This document shows positions 1 through 11,601 of a stretch of 64,000 nt of DNA, in pieces. How positions within the stretch are numbered: the stretch's first letter is position 1; each line of letters opens with the position of its first letter. The DNA comes from Trypanosoma brucei (lineage: Eukaryota). A program made the position numbers and the translations under genes. The stretch spans positions 192,001 to 256,000 of the forward strand of contig CM000207.1 in the NCBI GenBank assembly GCA_000002445.1, given 5' to 3'. The notes beneath the pieces were generated by a model. The model did not search any database and was not told the origin of the DNA. It was given only the letters and a program-made list of their open reading frames with translations.

Positions 1-816
1 GTAAGCAAACAACAGGACAGACAAAGCTATCGCCAAACAGGCTACGGACAGCCGCTGAAACTTATCTAGCCGCCCTAACCATCGGGGCGCTTACAACAAA
101 GGCGATACCAGGCACGATAGGCTACACCGAAAATTCGCCAACGGTCTGCAACGGCGAGAAAGGGAGCACGAACGGCGCCTGCGTTTTCTACGGCAAAGCC
201 CAAGGCAGGGCCCTCGAAAACAAAATACTATGGAGGCAGAAACTACTCTCAGCAGCAGGGCACATCGAGGCCGCAATAAAAACGAAGCAGACCCAGCTTC
301 ACATAATTAGCCAGATAAAAGCATTAAACGTCACCCTAACAGCACTCACAATAGCGCCACAAGCAGCCCACAATACGGCAGCCACAGGGGCTAGCGCATC
401 CACAGAATCCCGAAAGGAAAAAACAATGGAGGAAAAGAAGAAAGAATACGAGCAACACAAAGACAACAAAACCTACTGCGAAAATGCAGGAAAATGCAAA
501 TGGGAAGGCAAAACTGACGCAGATGGCCTCTGCGTAGTAGACGAAAGTAAAGTTAAAACCCAGAAAAATGCAGCACCAGGAACAGGAGATGGAGCTACAG
601 GGGCAGCAGCTGAAACTTGATGCGCACAGCATTTCAACGACAAAGAAAAATGTGAGAAAATGAATGAAGGGAAAATCAACCCCCGTTTGTGGCTGGAGAA
701 AAGGTAAAGATAATGAAGATGACAAGGGTACAGAGAAGTGTCGAAATGGTAGTTTTCTATTCAATAAGAAATTGGCTCTGATGGCTGTTGATTTTGTGAG
801 TTCATTGGCATTCTAG
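1..816 (+). pseudogene. VSG pseudogene, 3' portion (window starts inside the gene). The C-terminal domain and GPI signal (CRNGSFLFNKKLALMAVDFVSSLAF*) are present but spread over several frames.
   Basis: Translation gives the VSG C-terminal motif CKWEGKTDADGLCVVDESKV...AAPGTGDGATGAAAET and a hydrophobic GPI-signal tail ending at TAG 814-816. Frameshifts fall between segments. Confidence 0.75.
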
Positions 817-1034
817 AATTTTAGTATCCTAAGAATATTTGCCCAATTTTATGAAATTCGCTATAATTTCACTCTCTCTGAGGAAAGTGTGGAAATCTGT
901 GAAATATGTGAAATTCAAAAAGTTGAGGATTTTAGTAAAATGTGCATGGCAACTGCATATGAGTGTAAAGCAGTGAAGCGATATGGTATGAAAAAATAGT
1001 GTTATTGTAATTTTGTATATTTTATGAATATTTA

Positions 1035-1160
1035 TTATGTTTATAATAGTAATAGTAATAGTTATAGTAATAGTTAGAGTAATAATGATAATGATAATAA
1101 TAATAATAATGATAGTAGAATGCGGTGAGTGTGCATATACTAGTATTATAACAAGAGAAT
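1035..1160 (+). repeat. VSG-associated 70-bp repeat block ((TAA/TAG)n core plus GTGAGTGTGCATATAC tail).
   Basis: TAAT/TAGT-rich tract followed by gcggtgagtgtgcatatactagtattataacaagag, which matches the T. brucei 70-bp repeat consensus. Confidence 0.8.
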
Positions 1161-2470
1161 TAATTAAAACTAAAGTTGAGACCTTAAGAAAAGTACTTAA
1201 GCAATGGAAAAATTGCAATATGAGTTATAGGTAGCTAGAGGGAGAAAGAGGAATATTAGTAAAGGAGATACAGAAAGGAAGAGAAATGGAAAGAAATTAG
1301 ATATGCGCAGTTATAAACGCAGTTATGACAACCTTTATCATTGTGCGCGAGGAGAAAAAACAATTATGGAAAACAAAACGTCCTTTTCCTAGCTAAATGG
1401 TGTTTTTACGTTATTAGTAGCACTAGTAATGGACAAAAAAGAGGGAGAAAATAAAGAGTCGAACAAATGGACACAAAACATTACAACAGCATAACACAGA
1501 GAAAATAATACATTAGAAGGATGAGGAGGAGAGACAATGATTCCAAGTCTTTAATTTGAAAATGTATAGATACTACTGTATAGATGATGGGATAGAGAGT
1601 TGTGTTTAGTCTAATTGTAGGTATTAATAACCAGATATAAAGAAAGGCAACAAAAAGGCCAACAGTAAGAGGGGATTGGATAAGTATGAGGCAATACCGA
1701 ACGCTTTTAATTAGATATTATAACAATGGATAATATTTTTGGAAACAATATGATATTATCGGATGTAACTTTTGAAGCAATGACGACTATTGGATTGTTC
1801 CTTATGACAAAAGAGTAGCACAAATAAGAAAGATACTAAAAATAACGAATGTAGGAAACTTCAGAAGATCTCTATGAATCAAAAAAGTCAGTAATGATAT
1901 ACCACCAATTTCATACTGGTATACTGCTGAAAATATGACGGTATTGAAAGAGAGCAGAATTTATATGAATTTTATTGCTGATTCGGCTTTAACGCGGCAA
2001 GCAAAGGAAGTTTAGAGATGAGGACGTTGCGAATTAAAGAAGAATTGCGACATACAAACAGAAGGAAGTATAGAATATTCTAGAATTCGAAAGAGAAACT
2101 GCTAAGGACCATTCTTTGTCAAAATGAAACAGTATATTGTTGTAACATCGGTGTAACGGAAGATAGTCGCTGCAAAGTTCCAATGTTTAACAAGTTTAAA
2201 AAATTTATGTTTTAGATCCATAGAGGTGTTCAACATATTATAGAAGTAGCAAATGCGGTTGATGTGGAAAAGATAAGAGTTTTATAGCTTAACGATAAAA
2301 GGCTTTTAAAATTTACAAGCGAGTATAATATATAAATTAAAGTATTAAGGGAAGGTCCTCATAAAACAGGTGTTTGTGCTCATATCTCGGCTTATATGTT
2401 CATCACTAAACAACCTCAGGCACCAAAGGTACAAAAGGCCATGATACTACTGACTAGAGGACAGTAACTA

Positions 2471-3978
2471 GTGATGATTACACTTGCGGTGCTCATGAAA
2501 GTAACACAGACCACTTTATGCAACAGTGCCGGGGACGACAACGCAGTAGAATCCCGCTCTCTCTGCAACATTGCGAACTTAGAAAGGGCCGGCATCAATA
2601 CAACGCCAGTCAAAAAGGCTTCGGTACCCACCTCCGTATACATCGGCGCGCTAAACCTCAGCATCTCGCCAAAAACATTCGTAGAAGCCATAGACACAAC
2701 AAAGGAATGGGAAGGGCTAACAGAAGACCAGCACAAGACACTGGACAACAAGGCATCAATCTGGCCTTTCTACAAAGCAGCAAAACAAGAGTTACAAAAG
2801 TCTCAAGAAACAATAGAGAAATGGACGGCAGGAAAGCACTCAGGCAAAACAGCGGAGCACATTAGGCAAGCGGCCGAACGAGCGCTCGAAGCTTTCAACA
2901 CAGCGAGTAACCCACCCAAGTCGTCAGCTCAGGATGCAGCCACACTAGCAGCCGAAGCACTATATGGGGCCGGCAACACGGAAACCAAAACAAAGATGAT
3001 AGGCCACTCGACTAGGGCAGAAGCGTGCTCAGAAAGGGCGGGGGAGCAAACAACAAAGCAGGAAACTCGATAGCGACAGACTTGCTTTGCCTATGCGCCG
3101 GCAGGGACGACCTAGACCCAGCACAAAAAAAGCATGCGGCGACGGCCTAGAAAGCACCGTGACGAACGACGACTGGAGCCCGAACACAAACGACAAAACT
3201 GTTGCGGACAAACTACTAAACAAATGCAAAGAATTTGGCAGCCCAGGAAAACTCAATTCACTGGATGTTCAAATAGCCTGAGGCAACTTCAGACAATTAA
3301 TAAACAGGAAAAAAGGAGGAAACGCGCAACAGCAGCATATACTCTGGATGGTCGGCGGCAGCGGTAGCCCCTGGGGTGGATACAGAGGAAACAAGGACGC
3401 TAACAACGGCCGGTGTGTCCAGTAGAAAGATGCCCATTTCACAGATTCCTAGCCAACCATACCTTGGCTGATCAAATTGCACCAAGCGGCAGCCGTGGCG
3501 GCCAAAAGCAAGCAGCAAGCAGAGAAAAACGAAGCAGCATCTAAGGAACTTCAGCTATTAAACGACACGATCACGGCTGCACTCTCAGCCGGCTATTTGA
3601 CTGCAACAGACTCAAGTTCATCAACAGCGGTAGCAGTACAAGCTAATTGCAAGAAGCACACGGCAAACGCGACCTGCACAGCAGACAATAACTGCAAATG
3701 GGGGGGAGAAGGTGAAACCGAATGGGGGTGTGAACCCAAAGAGTGGGAGGTGCAAGAAATTCCAAGGAAAAGGAAAGCAAGCAGCGGGATAAAAAACTGT
3801 AAACTGTGGCCAATATATTGACAAAACTAAATGCGAGGAAGAAAACAAGGGAAAAACAACTCCCGTTTGCGGATGGAGAAAAGACAAAGATGGCGAACCG
3901 GAGCCAGAGAAGGAGAAATGATGCTCTTTTAGTTTTCTTGATAATAAGCAAACTGCTTTGATTCCTGAGTTCTTGTGA
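2471..3978 (+). pseudogene. VSG pseudogene (N-terminal domain, C-terminal domain, GPI signal) with multiple frameshifts.
   Basis: Successive ORF segments 2471-3073, 3064-3140 (ATDLLCLCAG motif) and 3477-3821 (CKWGGEGETEWGCEPKE). The GPI signal ...CCSFSFLDNKQTALIPEFL* ends at 3978. The segments lie in at least three frames. Confidence 0.75.
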
Positions 3979-4082
3979 GCTTCTTATTTTAAGTATTTTG
4001 AAAGTTCTAAATATTTTTGCTTAATTTTATGAAAATTATAAAAATTGGCTTTTAAACATAATTTACTGAAATTTTTAAAATT

Positions 4083-4098
4083 TGATATATGTTTACAC
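4083..4098 (+). promoter_or_regulatory. VSG 3'UTR 16-mer element (tgatatatgtttacac).
   Basis: Near-match to the conserved T. brucei VSG 3'UTR 16-mer TGATATATTTTAACAC, about 100 bp downstream of the VSG stop. Confidence 0.8.
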
Positions 4099-4239
4099 TT
4101 TTTGATGAAAATGTAAATATTGTTGAAAAACTCGAAAATATAAAACTTCTACTAAAATTTGTATAATAGTGGACTACGGATGTAAAGTAGTATAGTGATA
4201 GGGTATTAAAAAATGAGTGCTATTTTCATTTTGTTAATT

Positions 4240-4335
4240 TTATTGATACTCGTTGTGTGTATCATAGTAAGGATAATGACAACGATAGGAGTGTGTTGTG
4301 AGTGTGTATATACGAATATTATAATAAACGCAGTG
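4240..4335 (+). repeat. 70-bp repeat unit.
   Basis: ggataatgacaacgataggagtgtgttgtgagtgtgtatatacgaatattataataaacgcag. Confidence 0.85.
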
Positions 4336-5778
4336 TTGAAGACTTAATTGGGTGTAAAATTAGAAGCACTTAATCTGATGTTAAGAATGAAAAGGGAGTT
4401 GTTGAGCGAGAGGACACAAGGAGGATTATTATTAAACGAAGCACAGAAAAACAAAGAATGAAAGAAGAAAGTGTCGATAGAATATGCGCATTTTTAAATA
4501 CGACCGTGCCGATGAGCATCATTATACGCATGTAGATAATTAAGGGGAAAGTAACTGGACAAAGTCCATTGTACGGTCAAAATAAATTTGGTACGTTATC
4601 CGGAGTGATGAAATAAGAAAATAAAAAATATCTAGAGTGAAAAAACGATATGTACAATAGTGAAGAAAAATAATGTATTTTTAGGATTATGATGCTCAGT
4701 ATTTCAATCAAAAAAGTATAGACGCAACAAAAGAAATGGTATATGCTGTACCTTTTAATGTAATGGCGTATCTTAATATCCATTTGTGAAGATGTAAAAA
4801 AGGGTGGAAGGGATTTAACATGTATGAACTAATGTCGAAAATTTTCTAATCAAATGTAGAAATCATGGCCAATATGTCTTGAAAACAATATATCATTATA
4901 TGGAGAAAGAATTGCTAAATAAGACTAAAAATGGATTATCATGGACACAAATAAGGGATAAAACAAAAGAAACTACTTTTAACAGCAGATATATAAAAAC
5001 ACGGATGGTATCTATGAAGTGGAGAGGATTAATGGTAATACTCCTCAAATTCTGTATTTTTATGCTGGTAAGATATTAATAACGTGCAATGTGAGAGGAG
5101 TGCTACTTATAAAAGTGGTTTTCAGCTGGAAACTAACAAACCGTATTAAGAAAAAGAAGTGAGGAAGGCACTTTCTGATCATAAATTTCAAGCCTTAAGT
5201 GCGATCGACTCAAACAGGCGGAAGATTATCATAACCAAAAGCAAAAGGTCAATCACCTACGTACCAAATACCACAGTTATCTAAATTCAGAGTCAAACTG
5301 AAGCCGACAGATTAGCAGAACATTGAAGGGACTGAGAAACATAAATATTGAGTTTTCTTATGCGGCAAAGCATGCACTGTTTAAAAAAATCGCACAAAAG
5401 GGGCCGCAGTTGAGCAGAATGGAAGCACAAAAATAGACGCAGCCTGATTTAGATCGAAATAAAAAATGCAGTGTTGTCTAAAAACAAAATTTAAGTTTAA
5501 ATTTATGTCATAGTGTACATGGGATTCTATGGTGAAACTAACTTTTTAGAAAGTCAAACAGTATGAAAGCAAATCATTTAGAGTGATAATTTTTATAGTG
5601 CAATTAGTCTGATACTTATTTCTATTTATACAGTATTAAAGAAAGGCCACCGTCAGTTACTCGCAGACACGCCGGGTTTACGTCACCTTTAAATACCAGT
5701 TAAACAAAGCTAACGTGAGAGAACGCTAACGCTATAGCTACCAAGGCCATCGAACCAGAGGCAACCGCAAAAAGCACA

Positions 5779-7260
5779 ATGAAGAGAAACAAAGAGCTCA
5801 TGTTACTTCTAGTAGCGTTAGCACTTTGCTGCGTAACCAGCAATGCTTCTCACGACGACAGCAATACATTTGCCTTCAACAGCGACACCTGGTGCGCGGA
5901 AGCAAAATATCTGCGCAATACGCTAGCAGCCATAGATCTGGAGCGGCAAGAGAGGCTCAAAACGATCCAAGCCAACGAGCGACGGCTGTGCAGCTGGCAG
6001 ATAGCATCTGCGGCTGAAGCTAACATAAACAAGCAGACAGCTTACACTGTTCTCTTAGCAATAGGCGCTGGTGTAAAACTAAAGGCAGCGAAAAACGCAC
6101 ACCAGCTAGAAAGAGCCGAGGAAAAAGCGAGTAAACTAAACCAAACCATACTAGAAAAACTGGCGACTATAGAAGGGAAAAAAGCAGCGCACCAAGCTGC
6201 AATAAAGCCGTCAGCAACTAACAGCGGTAACAGAGACGCCGTAGCACGTGCAATTAAACTGCTGAAACGAGCACAAGTTCAAAAAGTGTGTGCAGAAAAA
6301 TCAACAGCCAGAGATGGCGTGGTCGAAGTCCGCACACTGCTTAAAACAGCAACGCGCGTCAAGCTTTTTGACAAATTGGCAGCCGCCGCTTACATCAACA
6401 ACGGAGAAGTCGGGCTAACCACGATGAGCCGACAAACATGTGAGTCGCCGGCGGGCGGCGCTACATGCCAAACGACCAGCCGCAGCAAGACGTCATTTAC
6501 GCTCAAGTAAATACCTGGCCCAATCCCCGAGACAAGCGCCGCTAAAGTAGCAACACACGAACTAGCCGCATCCAGCAACAAAGAGCCCACTGAAAGCGAC
6601 GGTATATTCAAGGTATACCAACTAACAGGAAAACACCTAGAAAAAGTACTACATACACTGCGAAATCACCTAAGGAAGGAATCAACGGACTTAAAAAAAT
6701 TGACGCTCTCAGCCGTCACACAAAGCCCAGCCATACAGGAGATAGGACGAAACATCCTTATGGCAAACCCAGGCGGAGCCAAAATAGAGGCAGTGCCAAC
6801 AGCAGACAACCTGGACGCACTGCTAAAAAAGTATTTCGAAAAAGATGCAGCAACATACGACAAGAATTTTTTAACAGGCTTAGACGCCAAAGACATTAGC
6901 GTAAAACCGTCAGATACAACAGAAGCGAAACCAATAAGCTTTTTATGTCAGCCGGAAAACTTCGTAAAAGCAATTACTTATTTAAAAGGCCAAAGTCTCA
7001 AAAAGCAAGCAGTAAAAGAAGTGATTAAGATTTCTACAACATCGAAAGCGATCTGCAACGACAGAAAGAAAAATGATGGTACCAAAGAGAGTAAATGAGA
7101 ATGGGAAGGAACTGAAGACAAAGGAACTTGCAAACCTAAAAATGAAGAAGACGGAGTGAAAGCAGAGAATGATGGAAAAACAAACACAAACACCACAGGA
7201 AGCAATTCGTTTGTCATTAATACGGTTCCTTTTTTGTTTACACTTTTGCTTCTAGCTTAA
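5779..7260 (+). pseudogene. VSG pseudogene. A single continuous reading frame of about 493 codons is interrupted only by two in-frame stops (TAA 6508-6510, TGA 7096-7098).
   Basis: Signal peptide MKRNKELMLLLVALALCCVTSNAS, then N-terminal domain, C-terminal domain and GPI signal NTTGSNSFVINTVPFLFTLLLLA*. All segments share frame 1 (mod 3) with no frameshift. Confidence 0.8.
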
Positions 7261-7339
7261 CCCTTTTTGGAGTTTTGCTCAATTCTAGATAATTGATAAA
7301 TATTTCCTTTTTGAGAGAATTTGCTGTTTCGAGAAAATG

Positions 7340-7355
7340 TGATATATTTAAACAC
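7340..7355 (+). promoter_or_regulatory. VSG 3'UTR 16-mer (tgatatatttaaacac).
   Basis: Close match to the 16-mer consensus, downstream of the VSG stop at 7260. Confidence 0.8.
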
Positions 7356-7519
7356 TTTTTAATGAAATGTGCAATTCTTTTATCTTTAAAAATTATCAAA
7401 ATACAAAATTTTGGTATGAAAGAAACCTATGGAAGAATAGAAGCAAATTGATAGGGCATAGAAAACGAGTACTATTCTAATTTAGCTAATTTTGTTTACT
7501 TTATGTTGATTGGCTGACT

Positions 7520-7680
7520 CTTAATAGTAATATAGTAATAGTAACGACTATTAAGGATATTATAACAGTAACAGTAATATTATAATAAGAGCAGTAATAA
7601 TAATAATAAATGATTATGATAGTGATGATAATAGGAGAGTGTTGTGAGTGTGTATATACGAATATTATAATAAGAGTTGT
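7520..7680 (+). repeat. 70-bp repeat block (about 2 units).
   Basis: (TAA)n tracts plus gataataggagagtgttgtgagtgtgtatatacgaatattataataagag. Confidence 0.85.
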
Positions 7681-9000
7681 GATTAATCCCGACTGAAAAC
7701 ACAGAACAGATATAACTATGACAATAGCAAAAGTGCAATTGAACTGACAAAAAACCTGCAATTTCTTTAACATTTGCTCAGGGAAAGGCCAGAATTAGTT
7801 GTAGAGCTTGTACTGGGAGGATCGCACCTTGCGAAGATTTTCCCGTATTCTGTAGCCACAAAGTGTGGGGAACACGGAGAGTTTAACATACAGAGACTAG
7901 TTGGGCTACAGGAAGATGAGTATAGAGGTTTCTTTGTGGCACTACCACTTGACCATGTAGGCTATCGTTAACAGCAGTATAAACACATAGAATTCTTTCA
8001 AGCAAACCAGAAGCACAAGAAGTGCTATTGCATCAAAAAATAGAGTAGGCACAATAACCCATAGTGGCTACTTCACTCAATTGACTTGGTAGAAATTTTA
8101 GATAAAGGGAACCATTTCGTTGTTTTCTATATTCAAGCTTTTACATGTTAAACAAACGATCCTTAAATGTCAGATCTAGTAGATTATATAAAGGCAACTT
8201 ACAAAAGTGAAATTGAAGTTATACTAGAAAGTGAAAATTGTCAAAAATGAAGCCATATTCCATAATACTTACATCATTTATAGCTTTTGCATCGGTAAGT
8301 GTAGAAAATAATAGGAAAAACCACAACACAGTCAAAGATAGTTCAAATGGAAGAGGAAAGAGCATTTCAGCTCCAGATAGAAGCATCTAGGAAAAAAGCA
8401 GCGGAAAACCCTCCTCAATGCACAAAATTCACATTTGAAAAGCGTGGAATAAATCAAAGAGGGTATCAACTTCATTTAAATAGACAGCTAGGAGCCGTGA
8501 TTGCTGAAGACCGTATAATTCGGCATTGGGAAGTCCATAAAGAGACTGAAGGAGAGACCACACATTACTCAAAAATGTATAGATGCTAATTTCCGAGATG
8601 GTGATGGCCTTGGCCTTTATTCTAATTGTTGCTCCTGATGTTAAGTGGTAAGTTCAAAATGCAGCAGTTGGTAGAATTACGTTTAGACTTTAACGCATAA
8701 ATGAAGAAAATAGAGGGGATTTTTATGCTAGTGTGGGAACGCGGAAGGCTAGGGTACCTGCTAAGGCAGAAAATTATAGAAATATAGAAATAGAAATGAC
8801 GGAAGCACAGCACAAGATAGGATATGAATTCGCTGAGTTACCGAAGCCACGAAATATCCTTAATCAGGAAGCCTTTGAAGTCAGTGCTACAGCAGTAACT
8901 CGATAACGTAATCACGGAATCGCTTGTCAATGTTATCAAAATGCTAACAAGGTTAAAACTTAATAAACTCAAGATTTACCGTTTTTAAAAGAATTCAGCA

Positions 9001-10472
9001 ATGAAAAACCAGAAGCTAAATTCACCACTAGTAGTATTCGTAGCTTTGTAGCTAACATACTACGAGCGAATCGACGCAGCCGACCCACAATCAGTAACGG
9101 AAATCAAGGACGAATGTGACGAACTTGAATTCATGGTGGCTTTACACAGGCACTTCGACCAGCAGCTAACAACTCTGAACAATGCAGTAACAATGCTAAG
9201 CAAAAATGAACGAAAGCTAGAGTTGGCGGCGGCAAAGAACACCAACGCAGTGATGGAAAAACCGTATACGTTTCTTAGCGCCATCAACAGTGTGTGCAAA
9301 GCACAGGCAGAAGCGGCGCTAGCAAAGCAGGTCGACACCTTAAAACAAGTGATCCATGAAATCTCTAAAAGTGTAGGCCAACTGCAAACGGCCAGTACAA
9401 AAGCGGGAACGGCGGAAGCAGCCTATACATTAGCAGCACAGGACGGCTCGACGGCAAGCCTAGGAAACAGCCTAGGCGACGACTGCAAAGTGACGTTTAC
9501 TGGAACGAAGCCGGCAATTGCAAAGTGTACCAGCAAGGCAGGCACAATGGAACAAATCGAGAAAGTGGGTGCAGAACTAGATCAAATGGAAAACATACCC
9601 TACAGTCCTGTAAGCCAGATCCTTGGCTATAAACTAGCCGTCACAATCAAAAGCAAAAGCACTCCAACAGGCAGCACGGGGTTGACCAACAAACAGGGCT
9701 GCGGCAACGACACAACAGCGAGCAGCAACGGAAAAGGCATAACAGGCATAACCCACGAGGCTCACACAGCCAAGCCTGGCAAGCGATGCCTAAAGAGCAA
9801 CGGTGGCTGCAAACAACCAAGCAGCACAAAAGCGGACGACTCGTTCAACCCGACAAACCTTGCGTACGCCATCTGTCAAGCAAGAGCAGTAACGGTTCCC
9901 AACGCAGTAGATGTAGCAACACAAAAAGTAGCAGATTTAACCAGCGACTATGTAGCCCAACATGTGGCTCTCACATCGTTAAAGAAATCTGCCACAACTA
10001 CTGAATACACGGGCTAAAAGGCCATAACAGACTTTCTTGGTCCAAAACACACTCCGTATCTAATTTCAAATTTGTGTCCACTTTTGTGAATGGAGTAAAA
10101 AATTTGAAATTAGATACGGAGACGGCACCAATAAGCATCGAAGCTGCAAGTAGTGAAGGCAACTTCGGCAAGGCCTTAGCCATATTCATAGCAAAAGAAA
10201 AACAGCCTGCGCTGCTAGGAAGCAAAGAAAGCCAGACAGCCGACAACAATAAGGAAGCAGATGCAACAGAAATAACAGGAGAAAAAAAAGACTGGCATAA
10301 TAAAGCCGCAACTGAATGTGTAGCCACCGAAGAGAAAGATTGTGACAAAACAAAGTGTAACTGGAACAAGGAAAAAAGTGAGTGAAAAGTTAAGGAGGGG
10401 GCGGCTTTTATTTCTTATGTGATTGAGGCCCCCCTTTTACTTGTGGTTTTGCTTCTATATATAATTTTTTAA
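9001..10472 (+). pseudogene. VSG pseudogene: in-frame TAG in the signal peptide (9049-9051), a frameshift near 10017-10074, and an in-frame TGA at 10383.
   Basis: MKNQKLNSPLVVFVAL*, then N-terminal domain ORF 9133-10017, C-terminal domain 10074-10385 (CDKTKCNWNKEKSE), and a hydrophobic tail ...APLLLVVLLLYIIF*. Confidence 0.75.
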
Positions 10473-10699
10473 TTACTTTTTCTCCAATTTAAGAATTTTA
10501 TAATATTTGAAAAATTTTTGTATAATTTAAAATCTTTTAACATTTTTCGATGAAATTGTGCAAAGTATTTAATGATTAAAAGTTTTTAAAAATTAAAGAA
10601 CAGAAAAATTGTGAAAACAGTGTATGGTGGCGGTTTAACAGTTTAAAGTATTGTATTGTAGGCTACAAAAAATGACTAATATTATGAAGTTTCTTTATT

Positions 10700-11209
<510 letters not shown>

Positions 11210-11309
11210 NNNNNNNNNNNNNNNNNNNNNNNNNNNNNNNNNNNNNNNNNNNNNNNNNNNNNNNNNNNNNNNNNNNNNNNNNNNNNNNNNNNNNNNNNNN
11301 NNNNNNNNN
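11210..11309. other. Assembly gap (100 N).
   Basis: Run of n characters in the sequence. Confidence 1.
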
Positions 11310-11524
11310 TGACAGCCCTCAGGCACGACCAACAATAAAGAGGAGGAAAATGGTAACAAAGCAGATGCATCAGCAGACAAAACAGGAGATAAGTCAGACG
11401 GGAATTAAAAAGATGAGGTTTGCACAGGCACTGAAGAAAAAGATTGTGACACGAAAAAGTGTGATTGGAATAAGTAAAAGAAAGAGTGTAAAGTTAAATG
11501 GGGGCAGAAGTTACCTCTTATGTG
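11310..11524 (+). pseudogene. VSG C-terminal-domain fragment that abuts the ingi 5' end.
   Basis: Translations TGTEEKDCDTKKCDWNK* and KKECKVKWGQKLPLM resemble the C-terminal domain of the VSG at 10320-10470. There is no N-terminal domain between the gap and this fragment. Confidence 0.6.
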
Positions 11525-11601
11525 CCCTGGCGATGCCGGCCACCTCAACGTGGTTCCAGGGTCCAGTACCCCGTATCATCGGGGGAAGCCAAGAGCCAGC
11601 A
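11525..11601 (+). promoter_or_regulatory. Pr77 internal promoter / HDV-like ribozyme hallmark at the ingi 5' end.
   Basis: The first 77 nt match the conserved trypanosomatid retroposon 5' signature (established for L1Tc/ingi). The ORF ATG at 11533 lies inside it. Confidence 0.7.

Noticed and set aside
336-764. Numerous antisense ORFs overlapping VSG genes (for example 336-764 -, 2416-2751 -, 20768-21448 -, 25755-26420 -, 56774-57367 -).
   Set aside because: They are low-complexity and Cys/Ser/Leu-rich, lie opposite well-supported VSG coding sequence, and show no recognisable domain. They are typical spurious reverse-strand ORFs in GC-skewed VSG DNA.
7774-8589. Small + strand ORFs (7774-7971, 8347-8589) in the VSG upstream region.
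   Set aside because: Short, with no recognisable domains and no matches between equivalent positions of different cassettes that I could see. Most likely noncoding upstream-region sequence.
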